DNA of 64,000 nt from an uncultured delta proteobacterium (GCA_963760795.1 CAVXEP010000012.1:96001-160000), one strand, 5' to 3'. Counted from the first letter of the stretch, positions 11,504 to 21,871 are shown. Numbers and translations: made by a program. The notes: generated by a model not told the origin, from the letters alone.

Positions 11504-12277
11504 TTAAGCCGATTTAAACCGGCGCTCGACCACGCCCATCAGCCGGTCGAGAACGAAGCCGATCAGTCCGATGGCCAGTACGGATAGAAGAATGTGCGAG
11601 TAGACCAAACTGTTATACTCCTGCCAGAGAAAGCCGCCGAGCCCTGGCGAACCGGTGAGCATCTCGGCGGCAACAATCACCAGCCAGGCCATGCCGAGAC
11701 TAAGACGATAGCCGGTGAACATGTAGGGCAGTGTCGCCGGAATCATAATCTTCGTGAGCGTCTTTATCGGCGACAGTTTAAGCACGCGGCCGACGTTTAG
11801 ATACTCCGTGGCGATGCTGCGCACGCCCATCGCCGTGTTGATCACCGTCGGCCACATGGCGCAAATTGCAATGGTAAATAAAGCCGCCGGCTCGGACTGC
11901 TTGAAGATGACCAAGCCCAGCGGCAACCAGGCCAGAGGCGAGATCGGCCGCAGCACTTGAATCACCGGGTCAAAGGCTTGATTGAACTTCGGCGACAGGC
12001 CCAAGAGAAATCCCAGCGGCGTGCCGAGGGCGATCGCCAAGAAAAATCCCTTGGCGACGCGCACCAGGCTCAAAAACGCGAAGCGCAATATCCCCTGATT
12101 CATCTCGCCGTCTTTAAAGAACGGATCGAGAATATACTGTTGGCTTTCCTGCCAAGTTTTGAGAGGCGACGGCAGGTCGGTGGCTATTTTAAGACTGATC
12201 ACCGTCCATATAAACAGCATGAGAGAGATTCCCATTAGCGGCAAAATAAACGCCGCCGCGTCGAAACGTTTTTCCAT
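11504..12277 (-). CDS. nrtB: Nitrate ABC transporter permease
   Basis: LRPISPLAWLP, WLVIVAAEML, GLGGFLWQEYN. Confidence 0.92.
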   Translation of the reverse strand: MEKRFDAAAFILPLMGISLMLFIWTVISLKIATDLPSPLKTWQESQQYILDPFFKDGEMNQGILRFAFLSLVRVAKGFFLAIALGTPLGFLLGLSPKFNQAFDPVIQVLRPISPLAWLPLGLVIFKQSEPAALFTIAICAMWPTVINTAMGVRSIATEYLNVGRVLKLSPIKTLTKIMIPATLPYMFTGYRLSLGMAWLVIVAAEMLTGSPGLGGFLWQEYNSLVYSHILLSVLAIGLIGFVLDRLMGVVERRFKSA

Positions 12278-12292
12278 GGCGTCTACTACCCT

Positions 12293-13562
12293 CTAAGCCA
12301 GATTGCTGACGGTAAATTTTTTCACATACTCTTCGGGCTTCGCCGGATCGAACTCGACCTTGTCGAAGAGGGTTTCTTTCTTCATGTCTTCCTTGGGTAC
12401 GGCTGACGCTCATCTCTTTGGCAACTTCGCGATAGATGTCCGGGCGCATCACCTTATTGACGATGCCGGTGTAATCCGGCGCGCCCTTGACCATGCCCCA
12501 GCGGCGGAATTGCGAGACCCACCACACGCCGTGGGACTTCCATGGGAAGTTGGTATTGCGGTCGAAGAAGGTCATGTAGTTGGGATCTTTCTCCTTGCGT
12601 CCGTCGCCGTAATCGTAGTCGCCGAGCATGCGGCCGAGAATGACTTCTTTCTGCGTGTTGATGTACTGCGGCTTCGACACCACTTCGGCCATGTGCGGGC
12701 GGTTCTCCAACTTGTCGATATACTGGCTCGACTCGGTGACCGCCCGCAGAATCGCTTTGACAGTCTTGGGATTTTTCTCGGCGAACTCTTCGGTGAAGGC
12801 CAGAACTTTTTCCGGATGATCTTTCCAAATTTGTTGCGTCGTCACCGCGGTGTAACCAATACCGTCGGCGATGGCTCGGGCGTTCCACGGCTCGCCGACG
12901 CAAAAGCCGTCCATCTTGTCGACTTTCATATTCGCCACCATCTGCGGCGGCGGTATCGTGATCAGCGTCACGTCTTTGTCGGGATTGATGCCGCCGGCGG
13001 CGAGCCAGTAGCGCGTCCACATGGCGTGGGTGCCGGGAGGAAAAGTCATCGCAAAGGTCATCGGCTTGCCGGCCTTTTTGGCTTCGTCGACAATCGGCTT
13101 CAACTGTTGCGGCGTGCGCACGCCCTTGGCCTTCAAATCGTTCTCCAAGGTGATCGCTTGGCCGTTGCGGTTGAGCACCAACGGAATGATCATCGGCTTC
13201 ACCGGCGAGCCGAGCAGCCCCATGGTCGATGAAAACGGCATGCCGAACAGCATATGCGTCGCTTGATTTTCGCCGAGCATCATCTTGTCACGGATCGCCG
13301 CCCATGAAGCTTCCTTGGAGATCGTCGACTCGATGCCGTATTTTTTGAACAGACCAAGCTCATGGGCCATCACGATCGACGAGCAATCGGTCAATGCGAT
13401 AATGCCCAAACGAATCTTGGTCGTCTCCGGCGCATCGGCGGCATAGACACCGCCAACCCAGCCGGTCGGCAGCTGGCTCAACAACATTCCCAATGAACTC
13501 GCGCCGGCCACTTTGAGAAAATCGCGCCGGCTCGGTTTTTGAACTCTCTTCATCTCGATCAC
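12293..13562 (-). CDS. nrtA: NrtA/CmpA nitrate-binding protein, Tat-exported (frameshift near 12405)
   Basis: SRRDFLK Tat motif, IALTDC, TFPPGTH, PPPQMVANM, CVGEPWN; the true C-terminus (FDPAKPEEYV...NLA*) is in another frame. Confidence 0.92.
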
Positions 13563-15412
13563 TCCTCCACTGTGTAGCTCTCGCCCTGTCGCGCGAGTTT
13601 GAAAATTTTGGCTTTGAGCTTGGCGTCGGTTGTGCAGGCGCCGGTAGTTAAGTCGAATTTGTAGCCATGCAGCGGACAGACGACGCAGCCGTCCTCGACC
13701 CAGCCGGCCGACAACTGGCCGCCTTCATGGGGGCAAGTATTTTGCATTGCGAAGAGCTTGCCTTCATGTTTGAACACGGCGATCTCTTGATTGTTGAGTC
13801 GCAGTAGTTTCGCCGCGCCCTCTTTGATCTCGTCGGCGCGAATGACCGGCTTGGCCGGTTCGGCCTTAGCTTCAGGCTTTATGCCAAGCGCCGGCGCTTG
13901 GGGGATTTTTCTCAGTTGCTGGCGCATCGCTTTGAAAGCGCCATGCTTGACCAAGCCGGCGACCGCCTCCGCCAGGTCTTCGCAGGGAACGTCTTCTAAA
14001 AGCTTAATCGGAAAATTCGCTTCGCAACCGGCCGCGCCGCCGGCGAAGACATCGACCGCTTCGACCACTTCGCCGTTGAGTTTGATATTCTTGCCGAGCA
14101 GTCCGATGTCGGCGATGGTGTGATTGCCACAGCTCGCCGGACAACCAGACCAATGCATGCGCAGCGGCTGCGTCTTACCCAATTTTGTTTCCAGCAAGCG
14201 CGCGGTCTTGAGCGCCCAGCCTTTGGTGTCGATCAAAGCGAAGTGACAGAAATCCATGCCCGTGCAGCTCACCAGACCGCGCATGACTTCGGAGGGATCG
14301 TAGCGTAGCTCCCGGAGCACAGGCTCGTCGGTAAGCGCGCCGATCTTCGCGTCGGGAACATCGGAGATAATCACGTTCTGCCCGACCGTCAGACGCAACT
14401 GGCCGCTGCCATAGTTTTCGGCCAAGTCAGCCACCTGCTGCATCTGTTCCGAAGTCATGCGCCCAACAGGCACGGCTAAACCGACATAGTTCAGCCCCGC
14501 CTGTTGCTGGCGAAACACGCCGACATGATCGGTGTGTTTCGGCGTGCGTTGATCTTTTCCCGCCGAGGCAAGCGGGCGATCGACGCGACGTTCCAATTCC
14601 ATGCGAAATTTTGCCACGCCCCATTCTTCGATCAGAAATGCCAAGCGCGCCTTGGTGCGCAGCTCGCGCGCGCCATGGTCGCGGAAGATCATGACGATAT
14701 GCGAGCAGACCGCCGCCGCTTCATCGGGTGTAACGAATAAATCCAACGGCGACGCCATGCGAAAACCGCCGGAACCGAGCTTGCCGCCGGCGGCGACGTT
14801 GAAGCCCGTCACCGGCGCGCCGTCAATTTCTTTCAACGCCGGCGTCAAAGCCAAATCCTGCGCTTCGGCGTGGGTGCAGGCTTCTTTGCAAGCAGTAATG
14901 GTTACGTTGAATTTGCGCGGCAAATCCGTGAATGCCCGGTTGCCGATAAACAAGTCGGTGAACTGGCGCGCCACTGGCGAAGCATCGAACAGCTCGTTGG
15001 GAGTCAGACCGGCAACCGGGCAGCCGATGACGCCGCGGATGTTGTCCATGCCGGTTTGCAGCGAAATCAAATCCACCGCGCGGAGCCTCTGCCAGATCTC
15101 CGGCACGTCGTTGATTCTGAATTCGCGCAACTGCATCTGCTGGCGCGTGGTGATATCGGCGAAGCCTTTGCCGAAGTCGCGGCTGATTTCACCGATGGTG
15201 CGCAGCTGCGGCGCGCTCATGAAGCCGTTGGCGAATCGCAGCCGCATCATGAAGCGGCCCGGCGTTTGACGCCGAAAGAAAATCCCGGCCCATTTTAAAC
15301 GCTCCTTGTCACCGTCGGTGATGCTTTCCCAACCTTCAGCAGCGTAGCGCGGAATGTCATCGAGAATATCTAGGCCGGCTTTCTCCTTCTTATACTCTTC
15401 AATCTTGTTCAT
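13559..15412 (-). CDS. nirA: Ferredoxin-nitrite reductase with a C-terminal Rieske domain
   Basis: TTRQQMQ, LPRKFN, CTGMDFC and SGCPASC siroheme/[4Fe-4S] ligands; C-terminal CPH...CPLH. Confidence 0.9.
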   Translation of the reverse strand: MNKIEEYKKEKAGLDILDDIPRYAAEGWESITDGDKERLKWAGIFFRRQTPGRFMMRLRFANGFMSAPQLRTIGEISRDFGKGFADITTRQQMQLREFRINDVPEIWQRLRAVDLISLQTGMDNIRGVIGCPVAGLTPNELFDASPVARQFTDLFIGNRAFTDLPRKFNVTITACKEACTHAEAQDLALTPALKEIDGAPVTGFNVAAGGKLGSGGFRMASPLDLFVTPDEAAAVCSHIVMIFRDHGARELRTKARLAFLIEEWGVAKFRMELERRVDRPLASAGKDQRTPKHTDHVGVFRQQQAGLNYVGLAVPVGRMTSEQMQQVADLAENYGSGQLRLTVGQNVIISDVPDAKIGALTDEPVLRELRYDPSEVMRGLVSCTGMDFCHFALIDTKGWALKTARLLETKLGKTQPLRMHWSGCPASCGNHTIADIGLLGKNIKLNGEVVEAVDVFAGGAAGCEANFPIKLLEDVPCEDLAEAVAGLVKHGAFKAMRQQLRKIPQAPALGIKPEAKAEPAKPVIRADEIKEGAAKLLRLNNQEIAVFKHEGKLFAMQNTCPHEGGQLSAGWVEDGCVVCPLHGYKFDLTTGACTTDAKLKAKIFKLARQGESYTVEE

Positions 15413-15430
15413 CGCTCGCGATGCTCTATA

Positions 15431-15446
15431 CGCAACGCTTATGCCG
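15431..15446 (-). promoter_or_regulatory. sigma54 promoter of the nirA-nrtABCD-nasA operon
   Basis: Minus strand CGGCAT-AAGCG-TTGCG; NtrC-like CGC-N11-GCA at 15531-15547. Confidence 0.75.
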
Positions 15447-15676
15447 CCATGTGGATCGGCAAGAATAGAATGAATTCAGCAATTTCGACGCTCGGCTCGA
15501 AAGCGGCTTGCCCACGGTTTATTCGCGTCCCGCCCACAATTTAGGCAAACGCTCCCGGAGCGCCCCGTGTAATCAGCGCTTGCCAACCAAGCGCTTGATG
15601 CCAACATTCCGAGCCAGCTAGTCCATCCGTCTGGTTGACGCCGGCCTGAACGACAGATGGCCTGGCGATTGTCCGG

Positions 15677-16225
15677 TTATCTCGCCGCCGGCAACAGATC
15701 GAAAGTCAACAAACCATTTTTTGGCTCCGGACGGTCGCCGGCCGCCGGTGGATCCAACAAAACAGGACATGACAGCCGTCCGGCGATGGTGACAAGTTTT
15801 AGCGTGATTAGATCGGGAAACAGCCGCCTCCGGCGGAGTTTGAGAACTAGCAGATCGACTTCCTCATCGCGCATGAAGTTGGCTATTTCTCTGGTTAACT
15901 TGCCGAGTCTGACCACCTTCTTAACCCTGTCCTGACTCAGCGGCTCGGCCTCACGCTCGACAAAGTTCCACAGATCGAGCGCCCGCTCGCGCATCACAAG
16001 GTCCAGCGGGATGGTTGCCAAGCCGTCTAAGGGAAACCGCCAACCGTCCACCGGCACGATCGAAGACAGCAGCCTATCGCTCTCGACTTTTTCATCGATG
16101 ACATGCAACGCGATCAGCTGCGCTCCGGTTTCTCGCGCTATTGAGGCAGCATCGCGCAAGGCTTGGCCGGACTCGGGAGAAAAATCGATCGGGACTAAAA
16201 TCTTTGTTACTTTGTGCATGTTCAT
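15677..16225 (-). CDS. Universal stress protein
   Basis: KILVPIDFS.ES..AL..A, L.ALHV, VDLLV, LSCPVL. Confidence 0.85.
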   Translation of the reverse strand: MNMHKVTKILVPIDFSPESGQALRDAASIARETGAQLIALHVIDEKVESDRLLSSIVPVDGWRFPLDGLATIPLDLVMRERALDLWNFVEREAEPLSQDRVKKVVRLGKLTREIANFMRDEEVDLLVLKLRRRRLFPDLITLKLVTIAGRLSCPVLLDPPAAGDRPEPKNGLLTFDLLPAAR

Positions 16226-16275
16226 CTCCTTGACCCAAATAGGGTTAATAACGGGGTGGATAGTTAGAACCATGG

Positions 16276-17277
16276 CTATTTTTTGTATAGGCCGTCGATA
16301 TAACCGCTGCTGTCGATCTCCTTCAGCAAACCGAGATTGACGAATGTATCGGCCCTGGAGCCTTTGGCTTTGGCGTTTCGGAGCGCCAAATCGGCGATCT
16401 GAAATTCCAGGCCCTTGAGAGTCGGATAAGGTTTCTTCTCAGTCAGTTTCTTGTAGGCCGAATAAGTTTCGTCGAGAATTTCGTTATCCTTGATCCTTAA
16501 CCGTTTGGCCAATATCTCTTTGGTTTTTTTCTCATCGGTCATCCAGACATGAATGCCGGCGATGAACGCCTTGAGAAACCGGCGTGCCGTATCCGGTCTG
16601 GTCGCAAGCATGCGCTCCGTGGTAGCCAAGGCTTCATGCTGATAATGCAAGCCGAGATCCGCCATGTCCGCGAGAATTCGATATCCCAATTTCTTGGCGG
16701 TGAGATCGAAGGGGGGCGAGATCACCGTCGCTTGCACCGTACCGCCGGTGAGCGCCGCGAAACGAGCGCCCTGATCGCCCAACTGGACTAAGGTAATGTC
16801 TTTGCCTGGAAACAAGCCATTCTGTTCAAAGGCATAACGTAACGCGAGATCTGAAGTGGTGCCGAACCGGCTGACTGCCGCCTTGGCGCCCTTCAAGTCC
16901 TCGAACCGGCGGACGGCTTTGTCGGCGACGATGCTGTAAGGCACCGTATTCATGTAGCCTGCGATGATGGTGATGTCCGAACCGGCAACCCGCGCGGCAA
17001 TGACCTCCGATCCCGAAGACACGATGAATTGCACGCCGCCGGCAAGCAGAGATTGCACTCCCTGCGTGCCGCCCTGAAAGAAAACTAAATCCACATCCAG
17101 GCCAAATTTCTCGTACAGGCCGGTGTCTTTCGGAATGAACGCATGCGCCAGCGCGCCGCTTAACCCGGCAACACCGACGTGCAGTTTTTCCAATTTTTGC
17201 TGTGCGGCACCGTCCTTAGCGAAAGCCAAGATCGCGCACACTAGCGTTGTATAAAGTATTGTTAGTTTCATCGCCAT
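16276..17277 (-). CDS. NMT1/THI5/SsuA-like ABC substrate-binding protein
   Basis: Signal peptide; DLKG.K.AVSRFGT.SD, PYPTLKG. Confidence 0.85.
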   Translation of the reverse strand: MAMKLTILYTTLVCAILAFAKDGAAQQKLEKLHVGVAGLSGALAHAFIPKDTGLYEKFGLDVDLVFFQGGTQGVQSLLAGGVQFIVSSGSEVIAARVAGSDITIIAGYMNTVPYSIVADKAVRRFEDLKGAKAAVSRFGTTSDLALRYAFEQNGLFPGKDITLVQLGDQGARFAALTGGTVQATVISPPFDLTAKKLGYRILADMADLGLHYQHEALATTERMLATRPDTARRFLKAFIAGIHVWMTDEKKTKEILAKRLRIKDNEILDETYSAYKKLTEKKPYPTLKGLEFQIADLALRNAKAKGSRADTFVNLGLLKEIDSSGYIDGLYKK

Positions 17278-17326
17278 CCTTTCTACTGCTCATTGGTTTC
17301 GCGGCGCTCGCCCGTTATCGGCTAAT

Positions 17327-18346
17327 TCAGTTGGGCTTTATGCCTTGCGCCGCGTAGACACTGTCGATGAAACCGCTGTCTTCAAGCTTGCGCATGATGC
17401 GGCCATCGATAATGGTAGCGACCTTAAGCTCGCCGATTTTCGGCGTGCGCAGTTTCATCAGGCGCTGCGCATTGCGCAGTCCATCGACCGAGGGAAAGGG
17501 TTTCTTCTCGACGCCGCGCAACAAGTCGTCATAACCTTCCTCGGCGGAGATCTGATCGGTCTTGAGTCGGCGCATGATGGTCTTGACTGCGGCGGGGCGG
17601 TTCTTGGGCGCGAACGTAAAGGCCATGCTTTCGATCATGGCACGGAGAAAGTTCTCGGCGATCTCCGGTTTTTGTTGTAACAGCGCGCTCGACACCATTA
17701 CCGACTGATTGATCATCGGCTGCTTGAGGTCGCTGTACTCGCCGAGGATCGTCAACCCCTTCTGGCGCAGCCGGCGGCTGAAGACGCCGTCGAGCACCGT
17801 GGCATCCACGGTGCCGTTCTCCACCGCTTGGCTTTGCACGGTTTGATCGCCCACCGCCAGCAGGGTGATGTGATCACGCTGCGGGTCTAAACCAAGGTGT
17901 TCCAACCACAGCAGCGCGCCCATCCACGAGCCGCCGCCGATGCTGGTGACGCCGACTCTTTTGCCGCGCAGATCTTCAGCGCGTTTGATATTCGGCCGGG
18001 TCACGAAATCATAGGAGTTGCGGCCGGAGAAGCTGCCGATGACTTTGACATCATAGCCGCTGCTCACCGCCGCTAACGCGGCGCTGCCGCCGCCACTGCC
18101 AACGTGAATATCTCCCGAACCCAATCCGGTCACCAGCATCGTCGCACTGCGCAGAAACACCGCCTGCGGCTCCATGCCATACTTGACAAAATAGCCCTGC
18201 TCCTCGGCCAGCCAGAGCGGCGCCATACGCGAGTTCATGGCGGCATAACCGACAACGAATTTTGCCGCTGCCTGGGCGAGAGTGGCCAGCCAGCTCAGCG
18301 CCAACAGCAGCGCAACAACCGATGCGATAATCTTTGCCATTTTCAT
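17327..18346 (-). CDS. NMT1/THI5/SsuA-like ABC substrate-binding protein
   Basis: APLWLAEEQGYF.KYG, DLRGKRVGVTSIGG, PFPSVDG. Confidence 0.85.
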   Translation of the reverse strand: MKMAKIIASVVALLLALSWLATLAQAAAKFVVGYAAMNSRMAPLWLAEEQGYFVKYGMEPQAVFLRSATMLVTGLGSGDIHVGSGGGSAALAAVSSGYDVKVIGSFSGRNSYDFVTRPNIKRAEDLRGKRVGVTSIGGGSWMGALLWLEHLGLDPQRDHITLLAVGDQTVQSQAVENGTVDATVLDGVFSRRLRQKGLTILGEYSDLKQPMINQSVMVSSALLQQKPEIAENFLRAMIESMAFTFAPKNRPAAVKTIMRRLKTDQISAEEGYDDLLRGVEKKPFPSVDGLRNAQRLMKLRTPKIGELKVATIIDGRIMRKLEDSGFIDSVYAAQGIKPN

Positions 18347-18366
18347 ATCGAGTCCTCCGCCAAATA

Positions 18367-19407
18367 TCAGTTGCCGATCAAGAGCTTTACTTTTTCCACA
18401 ATCGCGGGCGGCGTCGCCATCACTTCTTTGGCGAGCGCCTCCAACTCTTCGCCACTGGCCGGATCCATGTCGAGACGGCGTTTCTCCGCTTCAGCCAGCA
18501 GCGCCGGATCGTTGACCGCTTTGTTAAAGGCCTCGCGCAGGATCTTGATCTTGTCCGGCGCCACACCGGGCGGCGCCACCAGTGGACGGCCAAACTCATC
18601 GGAAGCAACCACGACCTTGACCAATTGCTGTACCCCCACCGGGGTCTTGTGCTTGTCCATTAGTTCATTGAAAGTCGGCACCTCTTTCAGCCGCCCGTCG
18701 CGCTTGCTGCCGGTTTGATAGAGCACGCGCACGAAATTTTTCTTGCGCCAGGTGATAAACGGCTCGCGGGCAAAGTAAGTGGAGATTGTAAACGCCCGGC
18801 ACTGCACCTCGCCTCGTTCGACTGCCAAATCGATGTCCGAACCGGCGACGTAGCCTGAGACGATGGTGAATTTAGCGCCGATGGCGTCCTCGATGAGCTT
18901 GGGCATGTAGAATGCCGCGGAGGTGACGCCGGTGGCGCCGCACTTCGGTGGCGCAGCCGCGCCGCGCACATCTTCGATGGTCTTGATGCCGGCGTCGTTG
19001 CGGATGTACATCAACGTATTCGACGAAGCCATGCTGCCGATCCAGAGAAACCGGCTCCAGTCGAATTTGACCTCTGGCCGCTTGGCGAGCTGTTCGAAGT
19101 AAAGCGCCGGGTAGATCGCGCCGAGCGTGAGCCCGTCCGGCTTGGCGAGATTGTAGACCTGATTGGTCGCAATCAGCCCTGCGGCACCGGCGACGTTCTG
19201 AATAATAATGTTTGGATTGCCAGGTATATATTTCGGCAAGTATTCCGCCAGCAGTCGGGGATAGAGATCGTAAACATCGCCGGCTTTGGTAGCGACCACG
19301 AGCGTCACTGTCTTGCCCTGGTAAAACGGCGTCTGGGCATAGATCGCCGTACTGCTCACCAGACAACCGATAACGACGATGAGCTGTGCGCGCCTTAAGT
19401 GTGCCAT
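18367..19407 (-). CDS. Bug/TctC family substrate-binding protein
   Basis: FYQGKTV, IPGNP, KPDGLTLG, GRP..APPGV. Confidence 0.88.
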   Translation of the reverse strand: MAHLRRAQLIVVIGCLVSSTAIYAQTPFYQGKTVTLVVATKAGDVYDLYPRLLAEYLPKYIPGNPNIIIQNVAGAAGLIATNQVYNLAKPDGLTLGAIYPALYFEQLAKRPEVKFDWSRFLWIGSMASSNTLMYIRNDAGIKTIEDVRGAAAPPKCGATGVTSAAFYMPKLIEDAIGAKFTIVSGYVAGSDIDLAVERGEVQCRAFTISTYFAREPFITWRKKNFVRVLYQTGSKRDGRLKEVPTFNELMDKHKTPVGVQQLVKVVVASDEFGRPLVAPPGVAPDKIKILREAFNKAVNDPALLAEAEKRRLDMDPASGEELEALAKEVMATPPAIVEKVKLLIGN

Positions 19408-19529
19408 GAAGTTTCTTTCTCCTTTGCTGGTTCGATCGAAATCACCGAGTTTTATTTAAGGAATCCGCTTCAGCTTCGCTGCCATAGAATGAGCCTTTCC
19501 CTTGCCGATTTGGCGCGCCGCCCTTGCGG

Positions 19530-20375
19530 TCATCGTCGCGGCACCGAGCGAGTCAGCGAGCGATCGAAAACACCCGGGTTAAAGTCTTCCGTTTCCAAGC
19601 TCACATCGAAGACGATCGCCCGCTGTCCCTGAAGAATCATCAGTTCGCCGCGTGGACTGGCGAGAAAATTGAAGCCGCCGTAGGAAACCAATCCATCCGG
19701 CATGCTCACGCCGAAACCTTCGGGATGGGGCGGCAGGACTTGCAGCGGCCGGCCGTTGAAAAAGCCAAGTACGTTGCGCTGCTTTTTCCAGCGCATAACC
19801 CCATCATCGTCCGTCGCGCGGTCGCCCGCGCCAGGCTCGAGATGTTCCGCGGTATGGTAGAGGGCGACGAGCTTAGGCTCACGCAGGAGCGCGACCGGCA
19901 ATTGCGCGGAAGAGAGTGTGCTGTACTTAGCAGCCCAGACATCGGCTGGCACCGCCAGATGGGCATGATCGGCATCGAGCGGGAATAGGTAGCGCGCGGC
20001 GCCGATGTCGAGCATGTCCTTCAGATGGCGCATGACTTCGTTGACAAACTGGCAAGGCACCCGCACTGGTACCCCGCGATAGGTCGCGGCAAAATCAGCT
20101 TTGCCGGTCATACAGCTAAAAGCTGGCAATGGGTTGCGCATCCGGCCGCCATAGTTCTCTTGATATTGATAGGCGGCGCCGATCTCGGCCGCGGAAAAAT
20201 ACCAGGGATCGCGGGAAGACTGGGCGGCCGCACTCGTCACGCCAAGGACCACGGCCGTGCCGGCGCAGCTGAGCAACCTGCCCCAAGACTTAGCCGCGTT
20301 TGTCATCCCAGTTTTGTGCTGCTGGGTCTTGCTGGGCGGGTTTGGGAATTGACTGGAAACTTTATCTTTGTTCAT
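19530..20375 (-). CDS. Hypothetical exported protein
   Basis: 281-aa ORF with a signal-like segment (GVTSAAA), DADHAH and YHTAEH motifs; preceded by an ANTAR leader. Confidence 0.65.
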   Translation of the reverse strand: MNKDKVSSQFPNPPSKTQQHKTGMTNAAKSWGRLLSCAGTAVVLGVTSAAAQSSRDPWYFSAAEIGAAYQYQENYGGRMRNPLPAFSCMTGKADFAATYRGVPVRVPCQFVNEVMRHLKDMLDIGAARYLFPLDADHAHLAVPADVWAAKYSTLSSAQLPVALLREPKLVALYHTAEHLEPGAGDRATDDDGVMRWKKQRNVLGFFNGRPLQVLPPHPEGFGVSMPDGLVSYGGFNFLASPRGELMILQGQRAIVFDVSLETEDFNPGVFDRSLTRSVPRR

Positions 20376-20404
20376 GGCTTCACGTCGCTAACCGTTGGTT
20401 GCAA

Positions 20405-20471
20405 ACAAAAATGGCGCTTAACCCCGTATGAGGAATCAGGCGCCATTGCCATAGTCGCGGGCGTCAGCGTC
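20405..20471 (-). promoter_or_regulatory. ANTAR-type leader: hairpin overlapping an intrinsic terminator
   Basis: Minus strand GGC-AATGGC-GCC hexaloop hairpin whose 3' part forms the 5' arm of aatggcgc...gcgccatt-tttgttt; degenerate first hairpin gac-GCTGAC-gcc. Confidence 0.7.
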
Positions 20472-20552
20472 GAAACCCGGACCGTTCTTCTCGCGCCTGC
20501 GGCGCCTCGGCGCCGCAGGCGAAAATATGTTTACCAACCTTTTCTTAGTTGC

Positions 20553-21323
20553 TTACAACACCGTCCCTGCCATTGCGTCGGAATACTCATGCGCATTCTG
20601 ATAAAAGATATCGACCTTCTCGTTGTTCTTTGTTTCCAGCAACAGTTGCGCGTTGGCGACCGCGCGATCAATGTCTTCGATCGGCGTCGCCGAAACTCGC
20701 CCATGACCGGGGTAGAGCGCCTTCAGAGTGAAACTGCGCAGCCGCGCCAGCGAGTCGAGGTAGTCGCCGATACTACCGCTCTCAGCGATGTAGGAGAGCG
20801 TGCCGCCGGCGAAAACGCTGTCCGCCGAAAACAGTAAACCGCAGCTGGATTCGATGATCGAAATGCAGCCGGAAGTGTGGCCCGGCGTGTGAAAGACGCG
20901 CAGCGTATAGTTGCCCAAATCGATGCGCGTCATATTTTCCAGCCACAGATGCACCCGCATCGGCGGTTCGTTGAGGTCGTTGCCCTTGTACATGGTCACG
21001 TAGTAGTCGCCGGTGGTCATCTTCGACGCGGCTAAACGATAGGCTGCGATCATCGCGGTTTCCTGAAAATAACGATTGGCGCCAATATGATCGCAATGCT
21101 CGTGCGAGTTGATGACCAGGTTGACGTCGCGCACCTTCATGCCGATATGGCGCAAGCCGCGCTCCAGCACCGGAAAGTTTTGATCCGAACCGGTGTCAAT
21201 CATAACGTTCATGTAATCGCCCTTGATCACGTAACTATGACTGCTGCCCTTGCGGCCGCGAATCTGAAAAATCCCCGGGTTCAGTTCGTTCACCGCGTCA
21301 TAGATCTGCGCCATTGCTTTCAA
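20553..21323 (-). CDS. MBL-fold metallo-hydrolase
   Basis: IDTG, HEHCDH, HTPGHT, FSAD, PGHG. Confidence 0.92.
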   Translation of the reverse strand: MKAMAQIYDAVNELNPGIFQIRGRKGSSHSYVIKGDYMNVMIDTGSDQNFPVLERGLRHIGMKVRDVNLVINSHEHCDHIGANRYFQETAMIAAYRLAASKMTTGDYYVTMYKGNDLNEPPMRVHLWLENMTRIDLGNYTLRVFHTPGHTSGCISIIESSCGLLFSADSVFAGGTLSYIAESGSIGDYLDSLARLRSFTLKALYPGHGRVSATPIEDIDRAVANAQLLLETKNNEKVDIFYQNAHEYSDAMAGTVL

Positions 21324-21673
21324 TGCCTTCCTGCCATCATGGCTGCTTCGAGATCATCGAAGATTTCAAACCGTTCGGCGAAACGATCGTCGTGAAAATA
21401 TCCCTTCAGTTCCGGATTGAGATGGCACAGCCTTAGCACCCCGACACGTTGATCGACTTCGCGTTTGAACGATATCAGCACGCCCACTTCCCACACGCCG
21501 AACTGCTCGAGTTGCTTTAGGTTGACGATGACTCGAATTCCCTGGCGCGTGAGCCAGCGTCGAAACAAATATCGCACCCGCAGCGGTTCATTGTTTTCAG
21601 CTTTTCCCGACGGCGTCACGATCACCCAACCAGAAACTTCGGTAAGGCGATATTGCACCGGTGTTAATTCCAT
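21320..21673 (-). CDS. STAS-domain protein (anti-sigma antagonist-like)
   Basis: RVIVNLKQL, G.LRLC.LNP, FEIFDDLEAA pattern; start reassigned to ATG 21673. Confidence 0.75.
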   Translation of the reverse strand: MELTPVQYRLTEVSGWVIVTPSGKAENNEPLRVRYLFRRWLTRQGIRVIVNLKQLEQFGVWEVGVLISFKREVDQRVGVLRLCHLNPELKGYFHDDRFAERFEIFDDLEAAMMAGRH

Positions 21674-21858
21674 AGCGGCCAGTCTTTCCGCCGGCGCCGG
21701 CTGGCGCGAACGATGTAGGCCGGCGCAAGCTCGAAACAGCGCGCCATCTCCAGCACCGGCAATGGCGGGATATCTTTGTCCGCCAGGTCGCCAAAGACAT
21801 CGGCGAGAAAAATAATGTTGTCGAAGATCTTCTCGGTTGCCGACTTCTTCGTGTTCAT
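21664..21858 (-). CDS. Small hypothetical protein (64 aa)
   Basis: GGAGG SD before ATG 21858; first gene after the ANTAR leader; overlaps the STAS start. Confidence 0.6.
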   Translation of the reverse strand: MNTKKSATEKIFDNIIFLADVFGDLADKDIPPLPVLEMARCFELAPAYIVRASRRRRKDWPLWN

Positions 21859-21871
21859 TTTCTTGCCCTCC

